From a virus (lineage: Duplodnaviria; Caudoviricetes): DNA of 64,000 nucleotides. Below are positions 18,096 to 30,500 of the stretch, piece after piece (position 1 is the first letter of the stretch; the number at the start of each line of letters is the position of its first letter). The stretch is taken from positions 1 to 64,000 of IMG/VR virus record IMGVR_UViG_2706795974_000001. One strand, written 5' to 3'. A model generated the notes under the pieces. That model ran no database searches, was not told the DNA's origin, and saw nothing but the letters and a program-made list of their open reading frames with translations. The position numbers and the translations under genes are program-made.

Positions 18096-18577
18096 TTCTC
18101 GAAACGATTGTCGATGTACGTCGGCCGACGCTTCGGATCAAAGCGTTCCAGGACAAGGTCGAGGGCGCGAGCCTTGCAGGTTTCATGCAAGGATTCGCCG
18201 CCCCGCTTCTTCAGGATCGCGCCTCTGACCGCTTCGATCAGGACGGTGACAGCGCTTCGGGAAAGTGGAAGCCGCTGCAGGAGTCCACGATCCAGCGCCG
18301 CGAGAAGGCGGGCTACGTCCCGATCAAGATCAATGAGCGCACAGGAGCCATGCGGGCCTGGGTGGAAAGTGCGCAAGGCAGAATTACTGCAGTGAAGTAC
18401 GCCGCCGTTCTGGAATGGCCTGGCACTCCGTCTAACCGCACCATCGGCCGAAAGTTGAAGGTAGCGCAGATGGGCCTGCCCGAGCCGTATACCCCAAAGC
18501 GGCCTGTCGTTGCAGTTGAAGGTGAAGACTTGCTGACGATTCTCGTCGCAATGGAGAATTGGATTGGAGCGCCGTGA
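18083..18577 (+). CDS. Virion morphogenesis/tail completion protein (Mu gpG-like)
   Basis: RFDQDGD..GKWKPLQESTIQRR motif. Confidence 0.65.
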   Translation: MADVILETIVDVRRPTLRIKAFQDKVEGASLAGFMQGFAAPLLQDRASDRFDQDGDSASGKWKPLQESTIQRREKAGYVPIKINERTGAMRAWVESAQGRITAVKYAAVLEWPGTPSNRTIGRKLKVAQMGLPEPYTPKRPVVAVEGEDLLTILVAMENWIGAP

Positions 18578-19059
18578 TAGACAATCCCGGTGACATCTTC
18601 TTTCCATACAACGCCATCGCGGTTCTGGAGAACGCAACTCGGGCGGTCATCGACCCCACACTCAACTTCGAGCGACGCAGACTTCTGGTAACCGATCCCA
18701 ACGATACCGTAGGCTTTGTGCCTGTGAGTTGGAATCCGGTAGCAGGAGAAGTGGGCAGACACGAGTCTTCGATTCAGCTCTACACGCTTTACGTTCAGAC
18801 GCTCATCGTTGATCCAGATGAGGCGCGAGGACTGCAGACCCATTCCTACTTCGCAAAACGCATGAGGGAAATGCTTGTGCGGAACGGGGCTCTACGTGTA
18901 GCGTTGGGTTCACTTGAGACGGTGGACCCGGCGGGCGTCAGAGAGAAGACTCTACAGTTCCGAGTGGGCGAGCAGGTCTTCCATAACCAGGAAACCGACG
19001 GCAACTGGCGGTACCTGAGCACGCTCGAGCTTCGGCTCGAAACCCAGATCAGTAACTAG
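18574..19059 (+). CDS. Probable tail terminator
   Basis: Position before the tail tube gene, size, and GTGA overlap. Confidence 0.55.
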   Translation: MIDNPGDIFFPYNAIAVLENATRAVIDPTLNFERRRLLVTDPNDTVGFVPVSWNPVAGEVGRHESSIQLYTLYVQTLIVDPDEARGLQTHSYFAKRMREMLVRNGALRVALGSLETVDPAGVREKTLQFRVGEQVFHNQETDGNWRYLSTLELRLETQISN

Positions 19060-19073
19060 CAAAGGGAGTTGTA

Positions 19074-19394
19074 ATGGCTGAAGCGCCAACACCCGACGAG
19101 CTCGAGGCCAAGCGCCGGGAGCTCGCCGAGCTGCGTAAGGCAAACGCAGAGAAGGCCTCGGGACGTGACAACGAAGCTTCGGACAAGCGCCGCCAGGCCG
19201 AGTACGAGGCACTGCAGGCCGAGATCAACTACGAGCTGCAGGCCCAGGCCATCCTGGATGGCAAGCCGCTGCCCGTGTTCGAGGAGTCCGAAGTGAACAC
19301 TCCGCCGGATAACTCGACCGTCTCCACGCCGCCCAGCCCGCCGAGTGCCTACAGCTCCTCGGCGTACAACGACGACGACGAGAACGGAGAGTAA
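19074..19394 (+). CDS. Hypothetical coiled-coil protein
   Basis: AAGGGAG RBS; biased codons. Confidence 0.7.
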   Translation: MAEAPTPDELEAKRRELAELRKANAEKASGRDNEASDKRRQAEYEALQAEINYELQAQAILDGKPLPVFEESEVNTPPDNSTVSTPPSPPSAYSSSAYNDDDENGE

Positions 19395-19397
19395 GTC

Positions 19398-20417
19398 ATG
19401 GGTGTCAGTTCACAGCAGGGCGTCTTCGCTCTCAAGACCCAGACCGCACGCGGAGTCACAGCCACCGACATTGGCACGACTGGTGTCGCCATGTACCGCA
19501 CCGGCGGCTCGATGACCCCGAACCGCGAGCTGATGATCCCCGACGCGGAGATCGGCGGAGGCCGCGACGTCCCCGACGCACTGCTCGGTCCCATCTCGTT
19601 TGGCGGTGACATCGAGTTCTACACTCGATTCACCTCTATCGGTGTTCTACTCAAGGCCGCGCTCGGTGCGCCCGTCTCGGCTGCGGGCACCGCTACCGGC
19701 ACGACGGTTCACACCTTCACCCCAACCGACGCGACGACCTTGCCGTTCCTGACGGTGTACGAGCGCATCGGTGCGGATCTGGAGCGCATCCTCTACACCG
19801 ACTGCGTGGTCAACACACTGCACCTCGAGTCGGATGCAGATGGCTACCTGACCGGCACTGCTGGCCTCATCGGCTGCCGTGGTCTGTTCGGTACGCCGGA
19901 TGTGGATGTCTCGGACGTGCTGGACGAGACCACCATCACGGTCGGTACCAACATCCAGGTGCTCTACGACTCGGCCAACATCAAGCCGAAGTCGTTCAGC
20001 ATCGACATCAACAACAACTTCGAGGACGACGACTTCCGTCTCGGTTCGTTCTACCTCGAGGACCTCACGCCGAAGCGTCGTGAGATCAACGGGTCTCTCA
20101 CCCTGCGCCACGAGACCAAGGACCTCATGCGGCAGGCGCTGCTTGGTTCTTCGTCCGCGACTCAGGCCGGCGGTCTCACTACGAAGAAGCCGATCAAGAT
20201 CGTTATCTCCACCTACGGCGAGATTCCCGACTCCGATCCGGCAACGCCGTTCGGTCTCGAGCTGGAGTTCCCCGAGACCGTGTTCGAGCCCTTCGGCTTC
20301 GAGCCCTCGGGTGACGACATCCTCGAGTCGGATGTGACTTTCCAGGCGGTGCGCCCCGTCTCATCGACCCCGGTTATGACGGCGACGCTGACCAACGGCG
20401 CTTCTGCCGTGGTCTAA
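19398..20417 (+). CDS. Major tail (tube) protein
   Basis: 339 aa; HTFTPTD..LPFLTVYE..DCVVNTLHL phage tail tube pattern; synteny. Confidence 0.85.
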   Translation: MGVSSQQGVFALKTQTARGVTATDIGTTGVAMYRTGGSMTPNRELMIPDAEIGGGRDVPDALLGPISFGGDIEFYTRFTSIGVLLKAALGAPVSAAGTATGTTVHTFTPTDATTLPFLTVYERIGADLERILYTDCVVNTLHLESDADGYLTGTAGLIGCRGLFGTPDVDVSDVLDETTITVGTNIQVLYDSANIKPKSFSIDINNNFEDDDFRLGSFYLEDLTPKRREINGSLTLRHETKDLMRQALLGSSSATQAGGLTTKKPIKIVISTYGEIPDSDPATPFGLELEFPETVFEPFGFEPSGDDILESDVTFQAVRPVSSTPVMTATLTNGASAVV

Positions 20418-20442
20418 GCCCCCCCGGTTACCTCCTGGGGTC

Positions 20443-20490
20443 AGAGTCCCCTGCACCAAAGTCGGCGAACCCTTTGGTGCAGGGGACTCT
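20443..20490 (+). other. Perfect 19-bp hairpin immediately 5' of the tRNA
   Basis: AGAGTCCCCTGCACCAAAG-N10-CTTTGGTGCAGGGGACTCT. Confidence 0.85.
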
Positions 20491-20494
20491 CCAG

Positions 20495-20566
20495 TGGTCC
20501 GTAGCTCAATGGCAGAGCGCCCGACTGTTAATCGGGTGGTTGAAGGTTCGAGTCCTTCCGGTCCAG
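20495..20566 (+). tRNA. tRNA-Asn(GTT)
   Basis: Full cloverleaf: D arm GCTC/GAGC, anticodon arm CCCGA-CTGTTAA-TCGGG, T arm GAAGG-TTCGAGT-CCTTC and G73. One T:T mismatch in the acceptor stem; CCA is not encoded. Confidence 0.92.
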
Positions 20567-20615
20567 CTATACAACTGAATAAAGAAGTCAACTAAGACCA
20601 GTGAAAGGGTCACCA

Positions 20616-21209
20616 ATGACACACGCAGGAATCCCCACCCGCGAGCAGGACACCTCGGACTTCGAAGGTCGGCCCGAAGCGGAGCGCGCCAATGCCGCCG
20701 CACTGGCTGCGGGCGAGGTTGTCGAGGAGAAGCAGTTCGTTGACTACTTCGCGGCCCCGCTCCCGCAGCGCTGGTACCTGCCGGACGGCGTTCAGTACTT
20801 CGAGTACCAGGAACTCCGCGAGGGCGGCAAGGCTGCCTACGAGAAGCTGACCAACAAGGACATCCGCGTTCAGCGCTCGACCGGAGACGCTCGCCTGTCG
20901 GTGGACCCCGCGATCCAGCGACAGTCTCTGATCCGCCTGTCGGTCACCGACGTGCACCTGATCCAGAAGGACTCGGGCGGTCGCCCGCAGGTGGTGCCCT
21001 TTAACAAGGAGCGCCCGGGCAAGTTCTGGGATAACCTGTTCACCTTCTTTCCGGCCGTGCTCATCGACAAGCTCCACCAGGAGATCGTGAAGGCCAACTC
21101 CTGGCTGGCAGCCGACGACGACGTCGAGGCGCTGAAGGAAGAGCGCGAGCGCCTTGACGAGCGCATCCAGCGCGCCGAGGAGGAGCAGGCAAAAAAGCTC
21201 TCCTCGTAG
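20616..21209 (+). CDS. Tail assembly chaperone (G)
   Basis: Lies between tail tube and tape measure; ends just after a slippery heptamer. Confidence 0.8.
   Translation: MTHAGIPTREQDTSDFEGRPEAERANAAALAAGEVVEEKQFVDYFAAPLPQRWYLPDGVQYFEYQELREGGKAAYEKLTNKDIRVQRSTGDARLSVDPAIQRQSLIRLSVTDVHLIQKDSGGRPQVVPFNKERPGKFWDNLFTFFPAVLIDKLHQEIVKANSWLAADDDVEALKEERERLDERIQRAEEEQAKKLSS
21191..21197 (+). other. -1 programmed frameshift site A AAA AAG
   Basis: In-frame GCA AAA AAG; the -1 frame stays open to TGA at 21484. Confidence 0.85.
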
Positions 21210-21484
21210 AGCAGGCCGCCGACTTCGTCAAGGGGAACAAGATAGCCAATCCCCACCCAGCCCTGCTGATATACAGCAGGCTGGAGGCGATGAAGTGGTC
21301 CATCCCCTACGCGCGGGGCGCACTCGAGGATCAGAGCGTGATGCTGCTTCGGTGCTTCGACATCATCAACAGGGTTAAGGCTGAACACCAGCGGCAAGAA
21401 CAAAAGCGTCGCGAGCAGGAGTCCAAGTCTAAGAGACCATCACCCAGGGGTGGGTCTAGACCAACGGGGCGACGGCGACGCTGA
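21191..21484 (+). CDS. Tail assembly chaperone G-T extension (read in the -1 frame)
   Basis: Contains PYARGALEDQSVMLLRCFDII, resembling G-T extensions; includes track ORF 21290..21484. Confidence 0.8.
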   Translation, partial: KKALLVEQAADFVKGNKIANPHPALLIYSRLEAMKWSIPYARGALEDQSVMLLRCFDIINRVKAEHQRQEQKRREQESKSKRPSPRGGSRPTGRRRR

Positions 21485-21530
21485 CACAACGAGGGCAGTG
21501 CTTGCGGGCACTGCCCTCGTTGTGTATAGT
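21484..21530 (+). promoter_or_regulatory. 18-bp inverted repeat containing a SigA-like promoter for the tape measure gene
   Basis: Arms at 21484-21501 and 21508-21525; loop TTGCGG (-35-like), then 17 bp, then TATAGT. Confidence 0.65.
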
Positions 21531-21593
21531 AATGCCTACTTGCACGGGCACACGAGGCCCATTCAAATGGACCTCGAAGTCTGGGAGTAGGCG

Positions 21594-24500
21594 TTGAACA
21601 CGACCGCGGCGAATATCCTCATCACCGCTCAGGCCCGTCAGGCACAGGCGCAGCTTGCCCGTATGCAGGCCGCGCTTCGTGGACTCCAATCAACCGCCCA
21701 GGGCGCCAACGCGGCGCAGGCGACCGCTGCTAACGCAGCCGCAAAGCAGATCGAGGCTGCCGAGGCAAAGAAGGCTAACGCCGCCGCCCGCGCAGCGCTC
21801 GCGATTGAGAACTCCAAGCTTCGGGAGATCAAGGCCGAACAGGCATCCCAAGTCGCCGCCGCAAAATCAGCTGCGGCTATATCTGTAGCTCAAACAAAGG
21901 CAGCGCAAGCCGCCGAGGTGGCCGCGGCCAAACAAGAAGCCTCGGCAGCGAAGATCGCAGCCGCTGTCGAGGCGGGTGCGATTAAGCAGGCCCTCGCTGC
22001 CGAGAAGATGGTTCTCGCACAGCTCCGGGTTGCTGCTGCAACCGAGGCCGCGCTCGCACGTCAGATTGCTTCGGATAACGCCGCAGCCCTGTCCGCAGAG
22101 AAGAGGGCGGCGGCGGAGATCGCAGCACGCGAGTCCACCAACATCGCCACAATGCGGGCTGTCGCATCAGCCGAAGCTGCCGCCGCGCGCAAGATTGCAT
22201 CGGACGCACGCGAGGCGCTGCAGGCTCAGGTGCTCGCCAACGCGGAGACAGGAAGCGCAAACAAAGTTGTTACCGCTCGACTGCGACGCGCAGCGCAGAT
22301 TGCGGCCGCCAACCTGCAGACGATCAACTCGAACAACGGCGCAGCCATCGCCGCTGAGGTGGCCGCATCCCGCGAAGCTAAGGCTGCCCGCGATGCTGCA
22401 CTCGCCAAGATCGAGTCGGCGCTAAAGGCCGAGACTTCTAACGCTCGCACTTCCGCGTCCAATGCAGCGGCTGCTGTTAGCGCACAGGTGGCTGCCATCA
22501 AGGAGATCGAGTCTAGGGCTGCCGCCGACATGGCGCGCGTCAACAGCGCGGCCATCGCGGCAGCAGAGAACGCCAAGATCGTATCGTCGGATGCAGCAGT
22601 CGCAAACGCTGCTGCCATCGCGGCCGCCAAGGTTAAGGTGTCAGAGGCCGAGCAGGCGGCGGCAGCGCAGATCTGCGCGCAGCGCACCGCAGTCGCTGAG
22701 GCGGAAAAGACTGCGGCTCGCACTGCGGCCGCAGCCGCCGCCGCGGTCGAGAGTTCGAAGATTGCTGCATCCGAGGCGCGCGCCGCCGCCGCAGCCGAGA
22801 CCGCGGCCCTCAAGATTCAGGCCGCAAACGAGCGTATCGCTGCGTCGAACGTCACCGCCGCCGCGAGCACCCGCTCCTGGTCGGCAAGTATGACGGCCGC
22901 AGGTTCGCGTATGCAGTGGATCGGCAAGCAGTTGTCGCAGAACTTCACCGCACCGATGCTTCTCGCAACAGGCATTGGAGTCAAGTTCGGGCTCGATCTC
23001 GAGAAGGGCATGACACGCCTTCGCAAGGTCTATGGCGACCAGGAGATGGAGCAGTACAAGCTCCGCACTGGCATCGACCTGGTGAAGCTTGAGACTGATG
23101 CTTTGCGTGGAGCGGTCATCGCGCTCTCGAACGCATATGGCATCCAGGCCGACGAGGTTGCCAACGTTGCAGCAGAGTGGGCCGCAGCTGGTAGCTCGGG
23201 TGCGGCGCTTGCCAAGCAGACTGAACTCACAATGAAGACAATGGTCCTCGGCGAGATGGACGCCGAGGAAGCAACCAAGTCCCTCATTGCCATCCAGGCG
23301 CAGTGGGGTGCTGTCACTGAGACTGTCACCGACAAGCAGAACAAGCTGTCGCTAAGCTCGCGCCAGGGTGCGAAGGATCAGCTGTCGCTGACCACCATCC
23401 TCCGTCAGCTGAACGCAGTGGAGAACGAGACCGGCACCACCATGAACGACCTGGTGGTGGCGTTCTCCCGTGCCTCTGGTGTTGCGCGCACTGCCGGTCT
23501 TGATACCGCAACCCTCGCTGCAGCAACCGCCGCCCTGGTCCCCGCAGCCGGTACCGCAGCCGAAGCCGGTAACGCCCTCAAGACGATCATCAGCCGAACG
23601 CTTACGCCAACCCGCGAAGCTTCGCAGATCATGAATCTGATGGGCATTAACACCAAGGGCGCTGCGTGGCAGAGTATGAATGCCGCCCAGCGACTTGCTG
23701 AACTGTCGAAGCGGTTTGGCGAGTTGACTGGTGCACAGAAGGCCCAGGTCTCCGCGTCCCTCGGTTCGCGCTACCAGGTTAACAAGCTTGAGGTGTTGTT
23801 TGCATCCCTCGCCAACACCACTGGTTATTACCACAAAGCTCTCGGACTGCTCGCTAATCAGTCCGAGGTTGTCCGCATCGCGGAGCAGGAGCTTAACGAG
23901 GTCCTGACATCGCAGCCGCAGATGCTCCAGCAGGCTGGCGTCATCATCCAGAACAGCTTGATGAAGGCTATGGTGCCCATGATCCCGGTGGTCATTCAGA
24001 TCACCCAGTGGATCGGTAAGATGTTCAACGCCTTTGCTAGCCTCCCCCCGGGTATCCGAACAACCATCGTTGCTGCAGGACTTTTTCTCGCGACGGTCGG
24101 CCCCATCATCATCTTCCTTGGCATTTTCAAGCTCGCCCTCGGTCAGCTGACCCCGGCGATTATCTTCTTTGGCAAGATGCTTCTGTCCCCGATCACGGGA
24201 CTCGTTCGACTTGCAGCTGCAATGCTGCTGCCGCTGGCTAACGTCGCACGGCTCGGCGGAGTGCTTCTCGGGCTGGGCCGAATCTTCATGGCTATCCCGG
24301 CAATCGGAATGCTCATGGTTCGCGGTGTCGGCTTTGCGATGACAGGTATGCAGGCCGCGACCGTCGTCGGCATGGCAGGTGTCCGCGCCGCGTGGGCCAC
24401 CTCCTGGGCGGCAATGATTACCTTCCAGACCGTCGCTGGAATCGCAATGACGACGCGGCAGGCGGTCATCTTCACGCTGATGCTGGCCGCGCAGAACGTC

Positions 24501-27500
24501 TGGGCTGCCGCGTCGCTCGCAATCCAGAAGGGCTGGGGCGCAGCGTGGGTTGCACTCACGGCCATCTGGAAGGCCGCTGACCTCGCTATTCGTTCTACCT
24601 ACGCCGCCACGGTGGTTGCTGCTCAGGCGACGTGGCAGGCCCTCTCGTTGGCTGGCCAGCGCGCATGGGCAGCGGCGTGGATTGCACTCACGGCAGGCTG
24701 GGCAGCGGCCGGTCGCATGATGGCGGTCGCCTTCGGGTTCGGCCAGCTCGCCATTCAGAAGGCGTGGCAAGCCGCATCGCTCGTTCTGTCCGCAGCATTC
24801 TGGAAGAAGGCGTGGGGAATCTTTGCCGCAGGCAACCGTGGCCTGCTGGCAATCGTAGCCGGTGGAGGAAAGGCGCTGCTGGCGCTGTTCGCTTCGCCCT
24901 GGGCTATCGCCATCGCGGTTGTCATCGGCCTGCTGGTTCTGTTCCGCAAGCAGATCAAGGCCGCGTGGAACAACATCCTCAACTACTTCCGCAACATCCC
25001 CAAGGAAACTGCGGCAAGTCTGTCGCCGCTGACGAACCTGTTCGTCAAGGCCAAGAACGGTATCGTTCGAGCATTTAATGCGCTCCCCGAGGGCGTAAAG
25101 AACGCGATGCTCAAGGTCGTCTCCATTGTTGCAATGGCGGCGCGCAAGGTCTACGAACTGTTCAGCTACCTAAACCCGTTCGCGCGCCACTCGCCTTCCT
25201 TGGTTGAGAATGTCACGAACGGTATGGCAGTTGTTAACCAGCAGTTCGCCAATGCTGCGCGCAATGCGACGAGCCATATCAACAGCATCCACAAGGCAAT
25301 CAAGAGCCTCGACGGTGCCAGTATCGGACTGAAGAATCAGAACTCGCAGGCAGACCGCGCCGAGTTCGAGGACACCGCCACAAAGGCTGGCGTGGGTGCA
25401 GCACTGCCTGCATACGATGCACTCCAGCGCGAGGTCGAGCAGTCCAAGAAGTACATGGACCAGCTCAACGCCTCGATCAAGGCGCAGGAGGCGCACCTCA
25501 AGCGAATCAAGACTGCGGTCGAACAGTACGATGCTGTCATCGAGGAGATGAACTCGTCGCTAGAGACCACCAAGGCCATCCAGGATTCGGTCAACACCGC
25601 CCTGGACGGAGCCAAGGCTCGCTATGAGCGCTTCTCTAACGCGCAGATCGAGGGCACGCAGGCAGCCGAGGACGCCATCTTCAGCAACACGATGGCCCAG
25701 AAGCGACTGCAGCTTCAGATCGCCAAGATGGAAGAAGAGTCCGGCACGATCGACAGTGTCACCGACTCCTACTCCAAGCTGCAGGGCGAGATCGAGAACC
25801 TCACCGCCAAGCAGACCGAACTTCGAAAGGCTGGCGCAGGGTCCGACATCCTCGGTACATACGACAAGATGATCGCGGACCTCAAGAGCCAGCAGTCGGG
25901 GCTCATCACTGGCGGAGCTGACAGCCCGGCAGGCAAGATCGCCGCACTGCAGTCTTCCCTGGAGAAGCTGCAGAAGCAGGCCGAGATCATGGACCTAGAG
26001 AAGGCCCTCAAGTTCGACAGCCTGAATCGTAACCTCGAGAAGTTCAAGTCGAACGTCGAGGAGATGCCTTACGGGCAGATCATGTCGGGGCTCGATCAGT
26101 CGCGGCAGTCGGTCAACTCCCTGCAGTTCGCCTACGATACCCTCGACACGGTGATGGCGGGCCAGCAGGCTCGCATCGACGCGATGCAGGCGCAGCGCGA
26201 TGCACTGCAGAAGACCTATGATGCCGAAGAGAAGAAGCTCGAAGCCGTCCGCGAGCAGTACAGCTCGGTCGAGGAAGCTGTTCGCAGTGGCGAACAGGCT
26301 CTTGATGATTTCTCGTCGGCTGCGGAAGAGGCCGTTCGCCGACAGGAGGAAGCTGCACGCGCTGCCGAGGAGACATCAAAGAAGCTTAAGGAGAAGAAGG
26401 GCGGCGGTGCCGGGGACGGAGAGAGTGACCTCTCGCCCGGCGCGCAGAACTTCATCGACGCAGCTGCAGGAGACTTCGAGACCTTCGGTGGTGGTGCAAC
26501 CATCAGCCGCGAGGGTGGGCCTGGGTCGCAGGTTGCTGAGATCGACCAGTTCACCAACGACCTGACCAAGGGGCTTGAAGAATCCCTCGGCTCCATGAAC
26601 CCGTTCACTCCTCTAAAGAACGCATGGAACAAGACGGTCTCTTGGTTCCAGGGTGTCGCTCCAGGTATTGGTGACGTTTTCAGTAACGTCGGCTCGTCCA
26701 TTCGCGGAGCCTTCGGTGGCAACCAGGAGGAGGGCATTCGGAAGATCACCGAGGCCTTTAAGAACTCCAACATGAGTGTCGAGGAATACAAGAAGGCACT
26801 CGACGCGATCGGTGCCGACTCCTCGTACAACGCTCGAATGAAGTACATCCAGGAGGACACGTCATTCTTTGGCAGCCTCTGGGATAGCGTCTGGGGTAAG
26901 ATCGGCGGGCCGGTCAAGAAGGTCTGGGGTGTCGTCGAGAACTTCGGCAAGCTTATTGGCGGACTGTTCGGAGACGATCTCAAGACAACCCTCTCCGAAC
27001 TCGGTAATGGGTTCTCGGGCATCTTTGATAAGATCAAGGGTCCGATCCAGAACTTTATCGACACGATCATTCCCGCACTCTCGGTTGCGGCACAGCACCT
27101 TGCGCCAGTCTTTGGTGCGGTAATTCTTGTGCTCGAAGTTCTGTGGGAGGTGATTAACGGCGCGATTGGCCCGGTGTTCAGTTGGCTCGGCGACATCATC
27201 GGTGCTGTCATCAACATCATCACTGGCGTCATCAAGGTCATAATGGGCGCCATGAAGGTTATCCAGGGTGTCGTCCAGGTCATCATCGGACTCTTCAAGG
27301 GTCTGTTCACGATGGACTGGGGCATGTTCATCGACGGCCTGAAGAATATCTTCGGTGGGTTTGGCGACATGTTCGGCGGCATCGTTGACATCGTTAAGGG
27401 CATCTTCGTCGCCATCTGGAGCACCATCAAGAACGCTGGTAAGCTGATCTGGAATGTGGTCTGGGGCCTAGTCAAGGGCGTCATCGACTTCTTCGTCCAC

Positions 27501-30500
27501 CTGTGGGATGTCCTGGTCGGACACTCGATTATTCCTGATATGGTCAAGGCGATCATTGATTGGTTCCTCCAGCTGCCGGGCAGAGTGCTCAGCATGGTCT
27601 GGAACTTCATCCTGAAGCTGATCGGATTCTTTGCTAGCCTGCCAGGGAGGATTCTCTCGGCAATCGCTACACTCGGCTCGATCCTTTGGAACGGGATCAG
27701 CGCTGCGTTCACCTGGCTTGTGGATAACGGACCGGGGCTGCTGCTTGGGTTCTTGACATTCATTGGAACTATCCCACTCAAGGTCATCGAGACCCTCGCC
27801 GGCTTCGGCATGAAGCTCTTCGAGTGGGCCAAGGCCGGATTCCAGTTCATGGTCGACAAGGGTCCAGACATCCTCATGGGTGTTCTGAACTGGATCGGCG
27901 GCATCGAGTGGAAGCTCATCAACGGGCTCCTCGGCTTCGGCCAGAAGCTGTGGGACTGGATGAAGGGCGCATGGCAGTGGGTCGTTGACAAGGGCGGCGA
28001 CATCATCGCGCCGGTCCTGAATTACTTCAAGGAACTGCCTGGCAACTTCATCCGCGGCCTGGGTAACATCGGCTCCAAGCTTTGGGAGTGGATGAAGGGC
28101 GGCTGGGACTTCCTTGTCAACGATTTTCCGAACATCATCAAGGGTGCGCTGGACTTCATCGGTGGAATCCCCGGCAAGTTCCTTCGCCGACTCGGCAATG
28201 GCCTTACCGTGATGTACAACTACGGCAAGGACATCATCCAGGGTCTGATGAACGGAGCTGGTGAGCTGCTCAAGAAGCTTGGCGACTGGTTCCTCGATAA
28301 GGTCCCCGGCTGGATCAAGACGCCCTTCAAGAAGGCGCTCGGCATTGCATCGCCGTCGAAGGTGTTCGCTGGCTACGGCGAGAACATCGGCGAAGGTCTG
28401 ATCGTCGGCATCGGAAACATGCAGGGCCAGGTCGAGCAGGCTTCTATCGCAATGGCTGCCGCAGCCGACAAGGGCGAGGTCGGTGGCATTTCGGTCTCGG
28501 CCGTCGCTGACACTTCATCCGTGGGTGGCACCGTGTCCGCATTGGAGGGTGCCGTTGCAGCATCCGGCCCGGTGGGGGTCGATACGGCGGCATCCGGCCC
28601 GGCGGACATCCAACCCATGCTCGACGCCGCAATTGCAGCGTTTGAAAGCTTTGATTCCACCATGCAGTCGAAGATGGCTGCGTTCATCGCTGCCGTCCAG
28701 GTCATGTTCGCCTCGATGGTTAGCGCGGTCCTGGCAACCCTGTCGCAGGTTAGCATCGGCGGAACCACGTCGTTCACCCAGCTGCAGACGTCGGTACTCG
28801 CCATCGTCACCGCGATGGTCGCTGCGGTCAACGCACAACTCCAGCAACTGATCAGCTACGTGAACCAGTTCGGCGTGCAGCTGACCACAGCGTGGGCGTC
28901 CGCCTGGTCGGCGTGGCGTTCGGAGACCACAGCCGGAGTTGACCACACGCTCGACGAGTGGCAGCGCATGGCAGATGGTATGCGGAGCGTCTTCGATAAC
29001 GGTATCGCGCCGATCTTCGAAGACATCGGGACCATGTACACCACCCTCGAGGGTGCGACTCGAACCACTGTTGATAACGTCGGAACCACCTGGGCTGAGG
29101 TTGAGACCAAGACCAAGAAGCCTGCCGGTATTGTTATCAATGAGGTCTACAATAAGGGCCTTCGTGGAGCATGGAACAAGTTCAACAAGTTCCTCGGGGT
29201 AGACGAACTGCCCGAGTTCACTGTTGCATACCGCACTGGCGGTCCCGTCTGGGGCTCCGGAAACGGCACGTCCGATAGCGTGAACGCGCGCCTGTCGCGT
29301 GGCGAGCATGTCATCACCGCCAAGGAAGTCGAGGGCGCTGGTGGCCATAAGGCTGTCATGCAGGTTCGACAGATGTGGCGAGCTGGTTTGCCAGCCTACG
29401 CGATGGGTGGACCAGTCGACCCGAAGGCTCCGCCGTGGCCCGGCGAGGCGAACCTCAAGCCAGCAGCTATCCTGGCTCGGCGCAACATCCACAAGTACTG
29501 GCCGATGGTTCGCGAGATTGGCGGTTACCGCCCAAGCGATCCGTACCCCGATCATCCCTCGGGACTCGCGCTCGACATTATGGTTGGCAACTCGAACCCA
29601 GTGGGCGACGAGATTAATGAGTGGCTGCATCGGAACATGGTTCCGCTTGCGCTGAACTACACCATCTGGAAGCAGTTCTACCGGCCAGCCGGTGGGGTTG
29701 GCAACCTGATGGAGGATCGCGGCAGCATAACCCAGAACCACTTCGATCACATTCACGCACTGTTCAACGATAACGGCGTGCCGGGCATTAAGACGGGCGG
29801 CATCGGCGGATCGAGTGGTGGAGCTCCCATCGATTACGAGAAGATTGTCCGCGAGTCCTTCAAGGCTGACATGGACGAGGTTCGCAAGAGCCTGCCGGTC
29901 ATCCCCGGAGGGATCGGCCAGTGGCCGAAGGTGTCTGCAGATGTGGCAGAGAAGATGGCACTCAAGCATCTCCTCCCCATCGCAAAGAAGATGAGCATCT
30001 CGACCGGATCGACCGCCTCCGCCTGGGCGGGTGCGCCAGATGCATCCGTTGTGGAGAAGGTCAAGGCTGCGGTCGCAATGTACGGCTGGGATCAGGGTGC
30101 GGAGTGGGAAGCGCTTAACCAGCTGATCGGTCACGAGTCTTCGTGGAACCCGAACGCGCAGAACCCGAGCTCGACTGCGTACGGTTTGTTCCAGTTCCTT
30201 GATTCGACCTGGGCTACTGTTGGCGGCACCAAGACTTCCGATCCCTACCTGCAGGCTGTCTACGGTGCGCGCTACATCAAGAACCGCTATGGAAGCCCTT
30301 CGGCGGCCTGGGCATTCTGGCAGAACCCTCAGCCCAATCCCTATGGTGGAAACTGGTACGACAACGGCGGATACCTGCAGCCCGGCTCGCAGATTGTTCA
30401 CAACCAGACCGGCGGACCCGAGCCTGTTCTCACCGCCGTCCAGTGGGCCGCTATGTTCGACCTGGCGAGTCGTCCGCCCGTTACCGAGGACACGCTGCAG

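Noticed and set aside
20495-20566. tRNA as an attP or prophage boundary
   Set aside because: No integrase or duplicated tRNA 3' end is visible, and phage genes continue on both sides.
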